47,788 bases of DNA from the NCBI GenBank assembly GCA_041499215.1, contig JBGQJV010000003.1:1-47788 (forward strand). The letters run 5' to 3'. Position numbers and translations under genes: made by a program. The notes beneath the pieces are model-generated. The model had not been told where the DNA came from and did not search any database. It saw only the letters and a list, made by a program, of their open reading frames with translations. The stretch comes from Gemmatimonadota bacterium (GTDB taxonomy: Bacteria > Gemmatimonadota > Gemmatimonadetes > Gemmatimonadales > GWC2-71-9). This document shows, one piece after another, positions 25,738-39,226 of the stretch (position 1 is its first letter; every line of letters begins with the position of its first letter).

Positions 25738-26730
25738 TCAGATCACTCGCAGTTGCGGCCTCTCCCTGCGGTCGGGCTGGCGGCCCTTCTCGCGGTACAT
25801 CGCTCCATCCGCAATGCGCACCAGACTGTCCGCGTCGTGGCCGTCCTCCGGAAACATGGACAGGCCGGCGCTGACTCCGATCTGGAACCGGTTACTCCCG
25901 ACCTCGATCGGTTCGTTGAACAGGGTACGGAGCGCCAGCGCCAGCGACTCGGCCACCCCGCGTTCGGGGATGCGCTCGAACAGTACCGCGAACTCATCAC
26001 CGCCCAGCCGGGCGAGGGTGTCACTGCGGCGAACACCGGTAGCGAGCCGGGCCGCGACCTGCACCAGCACTTCGTCGCCCGTGGCGTGACCGAACCCATC
26101 GTTCACCGGCTTGAAGCCATCGAGATCGAGGTACAGCACCGCCAGCCGCTCCCGGCGGCGGGTTGCCTGGGCGATCGCATGGCTCAGACGGTCGAAGTAC
26201 AGGGTGCGGTTGGGGAGGCCGGTGAGGGGATCGTGAGTCGCCCGGTGCGCCTCCCGGCGGCGGGCGCTCTCCAGCTCGCCCAGCAACCGGTGCCGCTCCA
26301 GCGAATGGCGCAGGGTGCGGGCCAGGGTCCAGGAATCCACCCGCCCCTTGACCAGGTAGTCCTGGGCGCCCGCGCGGAGCGCCGCCATCGCCAGGCGCGG
26401 ATCGTCGCTGCCGGTCAGGACCACGATGGGAATGTCGGGATAGGCCTCACGCAGCCGGGTGAGCGGCTCCAGCCCGGTGGCGTCGGGAAGGTTGAGGTCG
26501 AGCAGGATCACTTCCGGACGGGTGGTCCCCGCGAGGTCGATGGCGTTCGCCAGGTGACTGGCCCGCATGAGCTGGTAGGGCTCGCGCGGAAGCTCCTCCA
26601 GCAGGACGCTCAGCAGGAGGGCATCATCGGGGTTGTCTTCCACCACGAGGACCCCGCGGGTCAAGCTGTCACTGGCCCAGGCCGGCTCGGTCACGGAGAC
26701 ACTTTCGTCGACAGTCGCCAAGGGGGACAT
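25738..26730 (-). CDS. Response-regulator diguanylate cyclase (REC-GGDEF)
   Basis: VLVVEDN, LLDLNLPD, HDPLTGLPNR, RRSD I-site, GGDEF. Confidence 0.95.
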   Translation of the reverse strand: MSPLATVDESVSVTEPAWASDSLTRGVLVVEDNPDDALLLSVLLEELPREPYQLMRASHLANAIDLAGTTRPEVILLDLNLPDATGLEPLTRLREAYPDIPIVVLTGSDDPRLAMAALRAGAQDYLVKGRVDSWTLARTLRHSLERHRLLGELESARRREAHRATHDPLTGLPNRTLYFDRLSHAIAQATRRRERLAVLYLDLDGFKPVNDGFGHATGDEVLVQVAARLATGVRRSDTLARLGGDEFAVLFERIPERGVAESLALALRTLFNEPIEVGSNRFQIGVSAGLSMFPEDGHDADSLVRIADGAMYREKGRQPDRRERPQLRVI

Positions 26731-26767
26731 CAGCAGGAGTATCGGCGGATGAGCGCAACGGCTTGAG

Positions 26768-27220
26768 TCACGAGCCGTCGGGCAGGCGGCACACCAGGGT
26801 CCAGTAATCCTGCAGCTCGCGCACTACCCCGGCGAAGGCCTCGAAATCATCCGGCTTGCGCACGTAACCGGCGGCGCCTTCGGCGTAGGCCGCCTGGATG
26901 TCGGAGGGCTGGTCGCTCACCGTGAGCACAATCGCCGGAATGGCCCGGAGAGCCGGGTCATGCTTGAGCGCCCGAAGGGTGTGCAACCCGTCCATGCGGG
27001 GCATGTTGAGATCCAGCAGGATCAGGCCCGGCCGCGGGGCTCGCTGATACGGCGGCTCCCGCCGCAGGTAGCTGAGCGCCTCGACTCCGTCGCTCGCCAC
27101 GTGAGCGATGCGGAGCGATTCGGTGGCGTCCAGCGCTTCGCGGGTCAGGATCACCGCGTCCTCGCTGTCGTCAATGACGAGGACCTGGATTGGCCGGCGG
27201 GTCGGGGCGTCGCTGTTCAT
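26768..27220 (-). CDS. Single-domain response regulator (Rcp1-like)
   Basis: VIDDS, LLDLNMPRMDG, YVRKP, YW tail. Confidence 0.95.
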   Translation of the reverse strand: MNSDAPTRRPIQVLVIDDSEDAVILTREALDATESLRIAHVASDGVEALSYLRREPPYQRAPRPGLILLDLNMPRMDGLHTLRALKHDPALRAIPAIVLTVSDQPSDIQAAYAEGAAGYVRKPDDFEAFAGVVRELQDYWTLVCRLPDGS

Positions 27221-29310
27221 GCCGCCTTCCCGCTGTCAGCCGCGAAGGTCACCGTGAAGACCGAACCGCCGCCCTGCCGGGGCTCCACCCACGCCTGACC
27301 GCCATGCCGCTCGGCGATCTGCCGGACGATTGCGAGGCCGGCGCCGGTGCCCGGGACCTCGCGACCCACGCCCCGCTGGAACAGCTGGAAGATGCGTTCG
27401 GCATGCTCCAGCGGAACGCCCGGGCCCCGGTCCAGCACCTGGAATCCAGCCTGGCCATTCCGTCCCCAGGGCGCGACCCGCACGTCGGCCAGCGCACCAT
27501 CGCGGCGGAACTTCAGTGCGTTGGCCACCAGGTTGTACAGCGCCTGGGTCGCCCACACCCGCTCTACGCGGAGTCGCGGCATGCTCGGCTCGACCGTCAC
27601 CGAGGCCCCCGTCTCGCGAATGGCGCCGTCGAGACGGGCGAGCACCTCCTGGACCACTTCCTCGCCGTCAACATGGACCTCGGCCGGCTCCGCCCGGCGG
27701 ACCCGGGAGAGGAGCTGGATCTCCTCCAACAGCTGACTCATCCGGCTGCCGGCGCGCACCACGCGCTCAAGGAAATCCAGGCCCTTGGCATCCAGCTGGC
27801 CCTGATAGCGCGAAGCCAGCAGCCGGGAGAAACTCTCGATGGAGCGGAGCGGCTCCTTCAGATCGTGGGACACCACGTGGAGCAGGGTCTCGAGGTCCCG
27901 ATTGCGCCGCTCGAGGAGCTTGCTGGTCTCGGCCGCCTCCTGCTCGAGGGCCCGCCGCGCGGTGATGTCGCGAAGCACGCCCACCGCTCCTGTGACCTGA
28001 CCGATCCAGTCTGTCACTGGGCCGAAGGCCCGTTCATAGATGATCACCCCACCGTCCGGCTGAGGGATCCCCTCGACGGTGGTGAATCGCTCTCCCTCGA
28101 GTGCCCGCCGCCAGCATGCCTGGCCCTGTTCCTGGTACTCCTGTGACCTGCGGAACACCTCATCGTACCGCATGCCGGGGACCACGGTCACGCCCTGGTT
28201 CGCCCGCAGCGACGCCACGTACGCCTTGTTGGCCACCACGTAGCGGTAGTCACGATCGATCGCCGCGATCAGGTCCGGCGCGCTCTCCATCACGGCCTGC
28301 AGCTGAGCCCGCGCGGCCTCGGCACGAATGGTGGCGCTCGCGACGGCCACCCTGCGCTCCATGACTTCCAGCTGCAGGCTGTTCCGGACCCCCTCCGCCT
28401 CACGCAGCGCCCGGCGCACCGCACCCTCGGCCTGATCCAGCTTCCGGAACGCCCGCCAGCCCAGGCCGAGCAGCGCGATGAATAGCGCCAGATTGCGGAG
28501 CGCCGCCGCCTCGCCCGGGCTCAGTCCGCCCGCGCGTTCCCATCCGGTCAAGAGCGTGACCACGAGGAGGAGCCACGGCAGGTGGATGAACACCAGGTGC
28601 CGCGCCTCCCGACCCGCCGGACTCGCCGAACTGAAGACCTCCATGACCGGCCCCGACGGGACGACGAACAGGAGTCCGAGTCCGGCGGCGAGCACCCCGG
28701 CCGTGGTGCCCAGGGCGATCGATCCGTACCTGAGATCGACCCTCAGCAGGAAGTGGGCGTGATAGATGTGACCCAGGAGGGCGAGGAGCCCGACCAGGAA
28801 CCCGCTCAGACCGAGCACCTGGGCGACCGCGGTCCGACGCCTGTCCCGTTTGAGGCAGGTCAGCAGTACACCAGGACCAAGCAGCAACAGTGCACTGGCG
28901 GCAACCAGGGACATGCGCCCCGGGTAGCTGGTGCCGTCCACCGGATGTGCGAAGAGCAGATTGTCGATCCCGACATCAAGGCCGAGATACCCGACGACCG
29001 TGAGGAGGGAGACCAGCACTACCAGGGCGGCCGCCACCGCGGCGGCCAGCCGGGCGCGCTTGGTCTGGTGTGCCCGGAGGTGCAGCGCCAGGCCCAGGAG
29101 CAGGAGCGAGACCGCGGTGTTGACCTTGATCGAGGGCTCTGAACCGGTCAGGAGCGGTAGGTGGAAGAACCACCGCAGCAACGTCGCCCCACCAAGCCCA
29201 GCTACGCAGAGCCCCAACCCGCCAGCTATCCGGCGGTAGCGGCGCTTGAGCACCGACCTGGTCAGGTGAGGGAGCGGTTCTGACAGCTGGGGCACGCGGT
29301 CGATCCTCAT
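27217..29310 (-). CDS. Membrane sensor histidine kinase with PAS domain
   Basis: Multi-TM N-terminus; PAS; H-box VSHDLKEPL; N, G1, F, G2 boxes. Confidence 0.95.
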   Translation of the reverse strand: MRIDRVPQLSEPLPHLTRSVLKRRYRRIAGGLGLCVAGLGGATLLRWFFHLPLLTGSEPSIKVNTAVSLLLLGLALHLRAHQTKRARLAAAVAAALVVLVSLLTVVGYLGLDVGIDNLLFAHPVDGTSYPGRMSLVAASALLLLGPGVLLTCLKRDRRRTAVAQVLGLSGFLVGLLALLGHIYHAHFLLRVDLRYGSIALGTTAGVLAAGLGLLFVVPSGPVMEVFSSASPAGREARHLVFIHLPWLLLVVTLLTGWERAGGLSPGEAAALRNLALFIALLGLGWRAFRKLDQAEGAVRRALREAEGVRNSLQLEVMERRVAVASATIRAEAARAQLQAVMESAPDLIAAIDRDYRYVVANKAYVASLRANQGVTVVPGMRYDEVFRRSQEYQEQGQACWRRALEGERFTTVEGIPQPDGGVIIYERAFGPVTDWIGQVTGAVGVLRDITARRALEQEAAETSKLLERRNRDLETLLHVVSHDLKEPLRSIESFSRLLASRYQGQLDAKGLDFLERVVRAGSRMSQLLEEIQLLSRVRRAEPAEVHVDGEEVVQEVLARLDGAIRETGASVTVEPSMPRLRVERVWATQALYNLVANALKFRRDGALADVRVAPWGRNGQAGFQVLDRGPGVPLEHAERIFQLFQRGVGREVPGTGAGLAIVRQIAERHGGQAWVEPRQGGGSVFTVTFAADSGKAA

Positions 29311-29432
29311 ACGGGTCGGGGCGGATGATCCAGTCGTGGATTATCGGCCGAAAGTGGGCGGACGTGAGTTTTCGTGGAAGCTGGGTTGGGTCAGGGACTT
29401 CGCTGTAAGTCATTCTATAGCAGGCTGTTGTC

Positions 29433-29480
29433 GGTCAGGCTGTCAGGTGGTCAGGCGGTCAGTCGGTCCGACAGTCGGAC
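29433..29480. repeat. Degenerate octamer array (GGTCAGGC-like x6)
   Basis: GGTCAGGC TGTCAGGT GGTCAGGC GGTCAGTC GGTCCGAC AGTCGGAC. Confidence 0.65.
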
Positions 29481-29718
29481 GGTGTGGCGGTAGGGCCGGG
29501 AGTCCGGCGTCCGTTTTCACTCCGCCTTCCAGCGGCGGGCTTATCCACGCCGAACCGACCTCAAGGGGAGAATCCCGGGGAAAGCGACAGGACCGAGACA
29601 GGCCGGTGACGGAGAGATCGGTGAGTGGCCGAAAAACGCCTTGTCGCCACCAGCCATGGCGGCCCGGTCGGTTGTCCTAAGTTCATTCCGGTAAACGACT
29701 TGCGGCAGTGGTGGCCGA

Positions 29719-29748
29719 TTGCTTCCGGCCCACCGACCGGGGTATATT
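29719..29748 (+). promoter_or_regulatory. Candidate sigma70 promoter of gyrA
   Basis: TTGCTT-N18-TATATT, 58 nt upstream of the ATG. Confidence 0.45.
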
Positions 29749-29806
29749 CCCGCGTTCTCCGGCCGCTACCCGGCCAACCCGTTTTTCACCCCACGTCCGG
29801 ACCCGC

Positions 29807-32284
<2,478 letters not shown>

Positions 32285-32293
32285 TCGGTCCTC

Positions 32294-32368
32294 AGTTCCA
32301 AGTTCCGAGTGTGGGGCCGCACAGCCGTGCGGCCCCACTGGGAACTCGGAACGCGGAACCCGGAACTT
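32294..32368. repeat. Inverted heptamer arrays (AGTTCC / GGAACNC) enclosing a perfect 12-bp hairpin
   Basis: GTGGGGCCGCAC-agcc-GTGCGGCCCCAC at 32311-32338 between the arms. Confidence 0.85.
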
Positions 32369-32405
32369 GCTTGCCAGACCATCCTTTCGCCGGTACTTTC
32401 GCCCC

Positions 32406-33371
32406 GTGACCGTTCCCCCCGCGGTTGCCCCGCTCCCGGTCTCGCTCGACGCCATTCTTGCCGCCCGGCACGCACTTGCCGGTGTGGCGGTGAAGAGCCC
32501 GATGGTGGAAGTCGCCGGCCGTCCGCTGTACCTCAAGTGCGAGCATCTGCAGCCGATCGGAGCCTTCAAGATCCGGGGGGCGTTCACCGCGATCGACCGT
32601 CTCGGGCCGGCCGGCCGGGCCGGCGGCGTGGTGACCTCCTCGAGCGGCAATCACGGCCAGGCAGTCGCCTGGGCCGCGCGCCGGTTTGGCATTCGCAGCG
32701 TGGTGGTGATGCCGGAGTCGGCCCCGGGCGTGAAGGTCGCGGGAGTGAAGAGCCACGGTGGTGAGGTGGTATTCGCCGGCGCGACCCGCTCCCCGGAGCA
32801 GCAGATCCGGGCCGAGCGGTTCGTCGCCGAGGAGGGACTGGCGATGATCCCGCCGTTCGATCACCCGGACGTGATCGCGGGGCAGGGTACCGTCGGGCTC
32901 GAAATCCTGGAGCAGGTGGCCACGGTCGCCACCGTGCTGGTGCCGGTGGGTGGTGGCGGTCTGCTCTCGGGAATCACTACCGCCATCAAGGCGCTACGGC
33001 CGGAGGTCGAGATCATCGGGGTAGAGCCGGCGGGAGCGCCGAAACTGGCTGCCGCACTCGCCGGCGGACGGCCCGTAGTGCTCAGCGCCACCGAAAGCGT
33101 GGCGGATGGTCTGCTCACCCGCGCGGTCGGAGCCCTGCCCTGGGCGCTGATCCGGCAGTATGTGCGGCGTGCGGTCGGGGTGAGCGACGCCGAAATCGGA
33201 CAGGCGATGCGCTGGTTGTTCGAGCATCAGGGACTCAAGGTGGAACCGTCTGGCGCGGTGACCGTGGCCGCGCTGCTCGCCGGCCGGATCGAGAGCCCGG
33301 GCCCGGTAGTTGCAGTCCTGAGCGGGGGGAACGTGGACCCGGACGTCTTCCAGCGACTGGTGACCGGATGA
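32406..33371 (+). CDS. PLP-dependent threonine/serine dehydratase (no regulatory domain)
   Basis: LKCEHLQPIGAFKIRGA, SSGNHGQ, PVGGGGL, SGGNVD; GTG start inferred. Confidence 0.93.
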   Translation: MTVPPAVAPLPVSLDAILAARHALAGVAVKSPMVEVAGRPLYLKCEHLQPIGAFKIRGAFTAIDRLGPAGRAGGVVTSSSGNHGQAVAWAARRFGIRSVVVMPESAPGVKVAGVKSHGGEVVFAGATRSPEQQIRAERFVAEEGLAMIPPFDHPDVIAGQGTVGLEILEQVATVATVLVPVGGGGLLSGITTAIKALRPEVEIIGVEPAGAPKLAAALAGGRPVVLSATESVADGLLTRAVGALPWALIRQYVRRAVGVSDAEIGQAMRWLFEHQGLKVEPSGAVTVAALLAGRIESPGPVVAVLSGGNVDPDVFQRLVTG

Positions 33372-34794
33372 GCCTCGCGCCGAAGATCCTGGTGGCGGAC
33401 GACGATCAGGCGCTTACCCGGACCCTGTCGTGGATTCTCAAGGAGAATGATTACGAGGTCGTGACGGTCACCAGCGGCGAGCACCTGCTCGACCGCCTGC
33501 GGGGAGACCAGTACGACCTGCTGTTGCTCGACATCATGATGCCGGGCGCCGATGGGTTGCAGCTGCTGGAGCGGGTCAAGGGAGACCCCTATCTGCGCCA
33601 CGTCCCGGTACTGATGATCTCGTCGATGCCGCCCGAGGAGGCCACCGTGCGGGCCCTGGGCCTGGGCGCGGCCGACTTCATCTCCAAGCCGTTCCGGGTG
33701 CGGGAGCTGCTGGCGCGGGTGAAGGCGCACCTTCGGGTGGGCCGCGAGCTGAATCAGGCGAGGGCCGAGGCGCGCACCCGGTCGGAGATGGTCGACATTC
33801 TCCAGGAGGTGACCGCCTCCCTCAAGCCGGAGGAGATCTACCACATCCTGGTGCGGCGGGTGGCGCGGGGCCTCAAGATCTCGAAGTGCTCGCTCATCTT
33901 CGCCACCCCCGGGGAGGAAGCGGCGACGGTGGTGGCCTCGTACGAGAATCCGATGCTCCGCAACCTCCGCATCGGGCTCAATCGCTACCCGGAGATCCGC
34001 CGGGCGCTGGACACCCGGCAGACGGTGCTGGTGACCGACGTCGCCACCGACCCGCTCTACGCCGAGGCGCGGACCGAGTGGGAACAGGAGGGATGGCAGG
34101 TGCCGACCCGGTCGGCGATCGCGATCCCGTTCGTGATGAAGGACCAGCGCGCCGGGGTGTTCTTCCTTCGGACTACGGCCGAAGACACCCCGCTCAACCA
34201 CTCCGATGTGGCATTCGCCGAGCAGGTGATCAAGGCCGCCTCGCAGGCGCTCGACAAGGCGTACGACCTCGAGAGCGCGGTGCTCGGCCGCGAGCAGATG
34301 AAAGCGCTGGCCGAGACCGATCCGCTCACTGAGACGTTCAACCGGCGGGCCCTGGCCGACAAGCTGGTGCAGGAGATGGAGCGGGCCACCCGCTACAACA
34401 CGGTGCTGGCCTGCCTGATGGTGGACGTCGACAACTTCAAGCACATCAACGACGCCCACGGGCATATGGTGGGCGACGGGGTGCTCCGGCAGCTGGGGGC
34501 CATCTTCCGGCGGGAGCAACGCACGGTGGACATCGTGGCCCGCTACGGTGGCGAGGAGTTCGTGGTCCTGCTGCCGGAGACGGCGGCGAGCGGGGCACGG
34601 ATCTTCGCCGAGCGCATTCTCAAGAAGGTGGCCACCCAGAACTTCGGCGAGGGTGACCGGGTGGTGCACGTGACGATCAGTGTCGGCATCGCCTGCTATC
34701 CCGACGAACGGGTCACCGACAGCGAGAGCCTGCTGCAGCTCGCCGACCAGAACCTCTACAAGGCCAAGCTCGACGGCCGGAACCGGTACCGCGA

Positions 34795-34798
<4 letters not shown>
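33368..34798 (+). CDS. REC-GAF-GGDEF diguanylate cyclase
   Basis: LVADDD, LLDIMMP, central GAF, RTVD I-site, GGEEF; ATGA overlap. Confidence 0.95.
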
Positions 34799-35871
<1,073 letters not shown>

Positions 35872-35922
35872 ACCGCAGGTCGTACCCTGACTCCGCAGCA
35901 TGGCAAGTCTGCAGCAACCGCC

Positions 35923-36047
35923 TTCCGCAGATTAAACGGATTTGAGGGATTACGCAGATTAGCGTTTGGTTTACCACATTTGGTCTACCATTCCTGTGTT
36001 CGTGTTCTCAATCATTTCAATCCGTGCAATCTGCGTAATCTGTGGAA
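35923..36047. repeat. Inverted 9-mer arrays (CGCAGATT / AATCTGCG type) around an AT-rich centre
   Basis: TTCCGCAGATT...TACGCAGATT / AATC...AATCTGCGT AATCTGTGGAA. Confidence 0.85.
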
Positions 36048-36068
36048 AGCTCTTCCCGCGGAGGAAAT

Positions 36069-36881
36069 ATGAAGCAGGGATCCATGTCCGTCGCCATGGT
36101 CGGTTTGACCGGTCTGCTTGCCGGCGCGGCGGCCGTCTGGGCTCTTGGTGTAGGCCGGGCCCGGATGCACGGCGTGACCGGTGCCGCGCTGCCGACCACC
36201 CACGGCGAATGGGTCAAGTTCACGAACCCCGCCGGCGATTCGATCCGGGCCTACGTGGCGTATCCCGAGCGCAAGGACAAAGCCCCGGGGATCATCGTGA
36301 TCCACGAGATCTTCGGGCTCACCGATTGGGAGCCAACCGTGGCGGACCGCCTGGCCGGGGCGGGCTACGTCGCGGTCGTGCCCGACCTGCTTTCCACCCG
36401 CTTCGGCATCACCCCGCCGAACCCCGACTCCGGGCGCAAACTGACCGCGCAACTCGCCCCGGAGGCGGTTACCGCCGATCTGGACGCGGCGTACGGCTAT
36501 CTCGGGGGCCTGCCGGCGGTGCGGAAGGACGACATCGCCAGCATCGGCTTCTGCTGGGGCGGCGGCCAGAGTTTCCGCTACGCCACCACCAATCCGAAGC
36601 TCAAGGCCGCGGTGATCTGCTACGGGCCCCCGCCCGACAGCACCACCTTCGCCAGCATCAAGGCCAAGCTGCTGGGCGTCTACGGCGAGGACGACTCGCG
36701 GATCGACGCCACCATCCCCGATGTAGAGCGCCAGCTCAAGGTCGCAGGGGTGAGTTACCGGTACGACATCTACCCTGGCACCGGCCACGGCTTCCTCAAG
36801 CCGGGCAGGAAGGGCTCCGATGGGCCGGCGGTGGAGCAGGCGTGGGGCCGGATCCTGGAGTTCTTCAAGGGGAGTCTGTAG
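36069..36881 (+). CDS. Dienelactone hydrolase family protein, probably exported
   Basis: GGAGG SD; IHEIFGL, nucleophile GFCWGG, GHGF. Confidence 0.95.
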   Translation: MKQGSMSVAMVGLTGLLAGAAAVWALGVGRARMHGVTGAALPTTHGEWVKFTNPAGDSIRAYVAYPERKDKAPGIIVIHEIFGLTDWEPTVADRLAGAGYVAVVPDLLSTRFGITPPNPDSGRKLTAQLAPEAVTADLDAAYGYLGGLPAVRKDDIASIGFCWGGGQSFRYATTNPKLKAAVICYGPPPDSTTFASIKAKLLGVYGEDDSRIDATIPDVERQLKVAGVSYRYDIYPGTGHGFLKPGRKGSDGPAVEQAWGRILEFFKGSL

Positions 36882-36886
36882 GGGCC

Positions 36887-37041
36887 ATTAGCCGTTAGCC
36901 GTTAGCTGCTCGTCTTGGAGCCACCCTCGCCTCTGGCGCCGAACCAGGAATGGGTCACAACTCGGACGGCTAACGGCTAACGGCTAACGGCTAACGGCTA
37001 ACGGCTAACGGCTAACGGCTAACGGCTAACGGCCAACGGCT
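36887..37041. repeat. Inverted heptamer arrays (RTTAGCC x3 / ACGGCTA x9 perfect + 2)
   Basis: Left arm 36887-36907, right arm 36966-37041. Confidence 0.95.
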
Positions 37042-37160
37042 CTACTGCGCCAGCAACCCCTCCAACCCGGCCGTTCGCAGCAGCCGGGCGTAGCGGGGGT
37101 CAGAGGCCAAACCGTGGTGGTCGTACGAGGGCGGCGCGAAGATCGACTGGCGGCTTGACC
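37042..37160 (-). pseudogene. Possible orphan C-terminal gene fragment
   Basis: Reads ...GLASDPRYARLLRTAGLEGLLAQ-stop, like the L-x-x-DPR-F/Y-x-x-LL tail of TPR/kinase proteins; its stop abuts the array. Confidence 0.4.
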
Positions 37161-37228
37161 ATGGGCGACTAAGATACCCCCGGCCGGGGCAGGCGAAACA
37201 TCTCACCGATCACCCCTTACCCTGTTCG

Positions 37229-37522
37229 ATGATTCACCATATCGTCTGTTTCCGGATCAAGCCGGACGCCCTGCCGGAGGCGATCGCCGAGGCCGGCGCG
37301 GCGCTGCTCGCCATGAAGAGGCGGATTCCGGAGATCCGCTCGGTGCGGTGGGGTCGGAACCTGGCTCCCAGCGCCGCCGAATACTCCCACGTCCTCACGG
37401 TAGTGGTGGACGACATGGCCGCGGTGGCCCGCTACCTGGAACACCCGGTGCACCAGGACACCGTGGCCCGGTTCATCGCGCCGATACGCGAGGCGCGGCT
37501 GGCAATCGACGTGGAACTTTGA
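37229..37522 (+). CDS. Dabb (stress-responsive A/B barrel) family protein
   Basis: MIHHIVCFRIK, IPEI, YLEHPVH. Confidence 0.92.
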   Translation: MIHHIVCFRIKPDALPEAIAEAGAALLAMKRRIPEIRSVRWGRNLAPSAAEYSHVLTVVVDDMAAVARYLEHPVHQDTVARFIAPIREARLAIDVEL

Positions 37523-37525
37523 GGA

Positions 37526-37617
37526 TTCCGAGTTCAGAGTTCCAAGTTTCGGGTGACGGATCAGCATCCGAAACTGGACACACCTGTGCTCGTGAACTTG
37601 GCACTTGGAACTTGGAA
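37526..37617. repeat. Inverted heptamer arrays (TTCCRAG / CTTGGAA)
   Basis: Same unit family as 12412-12489 and 32294-32368. Confidence 0.85.
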
Positions 37618-37624
37618 CCCCAGA

Positions 37625-39226
37625 ATGCTCCTCCTCCTTCTCTTCGCGCTGCAGGCCCCCGACCCGCTTGCGGTGCGCGCCGACACCCTCAGGCCGCGGC
37701 ACGACGCGATTCATCATGACGTGACCCTGGTGGTGAGCGATACCGGAAACCACATCCTCGGGATGGTACAGACCACCTGGGTGCTGCGCTCGGCCGAGCC
37801 GGTGGAGGTGCAGCTGGACTCGAGCTTCAGGGTGATCCGGGTGCTGACCGATGGGGAGGGCGACGACCGGATGGGGCGCATCACCTTCGCGCTCGATTCC
37901 GGCGGCGGGGTCTACATCCCCCACAAGAAGGCCGCGGGTGACACCCTGCACACCACCATCCGCTACCACGGGCCGGTCCGGGAGGGACTGGTATTCGGGA
38001 CCGATGCCGGCGGCCGGCGCACGCTATTCGCCGACAACTGGCCCGACCGGGTGCACCACTGGCTGCCACTCGAGGATCACCCCAGCGACAAGGCCACGGT
38101 GACGTTCCACGTGGAGGTGCCGCCGGGGATGCAGGTGGTGGCCAACGGAGTGCTCTGGAAGGTGGACACCCTCCTCCGCGGCCGAACCGTCTGGCACTTC
38201 GACATGCGCCAGCGGATCTCGCCGTACGGCATGGTCATCGGAGCGGGACGACTGGCAACGACAGTCCTGCCCGATGCCGCCTGCGACGTCAAGTGCGTTC
38301 CGCTTGCCGTGGTGACGTACCCCGAGGACTCGGCCTGGGCGGTCAATGGCCCGTTCCGCCGGGCGGGGGAGATCATCAAGTATTTCAGCTCCCTGGTGGG
38401 GCCGTTCCCGTACGATCGGCTGTCGCACGTGCAATCCACCACCATCTTCGGCGGGATGGAGAACCCCACGGCCATCTTCTACGATACCAAGGCCTACGCC
38501 GAGAAACGGCTCAAGGAAGAGACGGTAGCGCACGAGACGGCGCACCAGTGGTTTGGCGACGCGGTGACGGAGGACGACTGGCATCACCTGTGGCTGTCCG
38601 AAGGGTTCGCCACCTATTTCGCCGCGCTGTGGGTGCGGCATGCCGAGGGCGACAGCGCGTTCCGCGCGCGCATGGAGCAGCACCGCGCGAGCGTCCTCAG
38701 CGCCAAGGTCACCGCCCGCCCGATTCTCGATTCCGCCGCCGCCGATCTGATGGGCCTGCTCAACAGCAACAACTATCAGAAGGGCGCCTGGGTGCTGCAT
38801 TCCCTGCGCGGGCTGATGGGCGACAGCGCCTTCTTCCAGGGGATGCGCGAGTGGTACCTCATCTACCGGGACAGCACCGGACTCTCATCGGACTTTGCCG
38901 GAGTGATGGACCGCGTGGCGGGGAAGGATCTGACCTGGTTTTTCACTCAGGCACTGACGCAACCGGGGTACCCCAAGCTGGACGTCACCTGGCGCCACGA
39001 GGGCGGAAAGCTGACCCTGACCATCCGCCAGGTGCAGCCGCCGGAGTGGGGGCGCTTCCGGCTCCCGGGGCTGGTGATCGCGCTGGACGGAAAGCCGGTG
39101 AGGGTCGACATCAGCGGTGCCGAGACCGTGGTGAACCGGCCTGGCTTCAAGCGCCCGCCGAAGCAGATCGTGGTCGATCCCGGAGGATGGTGGCTGCTCG
39201 AGGCGTCGGTGAGCGAAGCCAGGTGA
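37625..39226 (+). CDS. M1 family zinc aminopeptidase
   Basis: GGMEN, HETAHQWFG-...-WLSEG, YQKGAWVLH. Confidence 0.95.
   Translation: MLLLLLFALQAPDPLAVRADTLRPRHDAIHHDVTLVVSDTGNHILGMVQTTWVLRSAEPVEVQLDSSFRVIRVLTDGEGDDRMGRITFALDSGGGVYIPHKKAAGDTLHTTIRYHGPVREGLVFGTDAGGRRTLFADNWPDRVHHWLPLEDHPSDKATVTFHVEVPPGMQVVANGVLWKVDTLLRGRTVWHFDMRQRISPYGMVIGAGRLATTVLPDAACDVKCVPLAVVTYPEDSAWAVNGPFRRAGEIIKYFSSLVGPFPYDRLSHVQSTTIFGGMENPTAIFYDTKAYAEKRLKEETVAHETAHQWFGDAVTEDDWHHLWLSEGFATYFAALWVRHAEGDSAFRARMEQHRASVLSAKVTARPILDSAAADLMGLLNSNNYQKGAWVLHSLRGLMGDSAFFQGMREWYLIYRDSTGLSSDFAGVMDRVAGKDLTWFFTQALTQPGYPKLDVTWRHEGGKLTLTIRQVQPPEWGRFRLPGLVIALDGKPVRVDISGAETVVNRPGFKRPPKQIVVDPGGWWLLEASVSEAR

Noticed and set aside
32406-33371. 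Gene symbol ilvA
   Set aside because: No C-terminal regulatory domain; it could be a catabolic dehydratase or a serine racemase-like enzyme.
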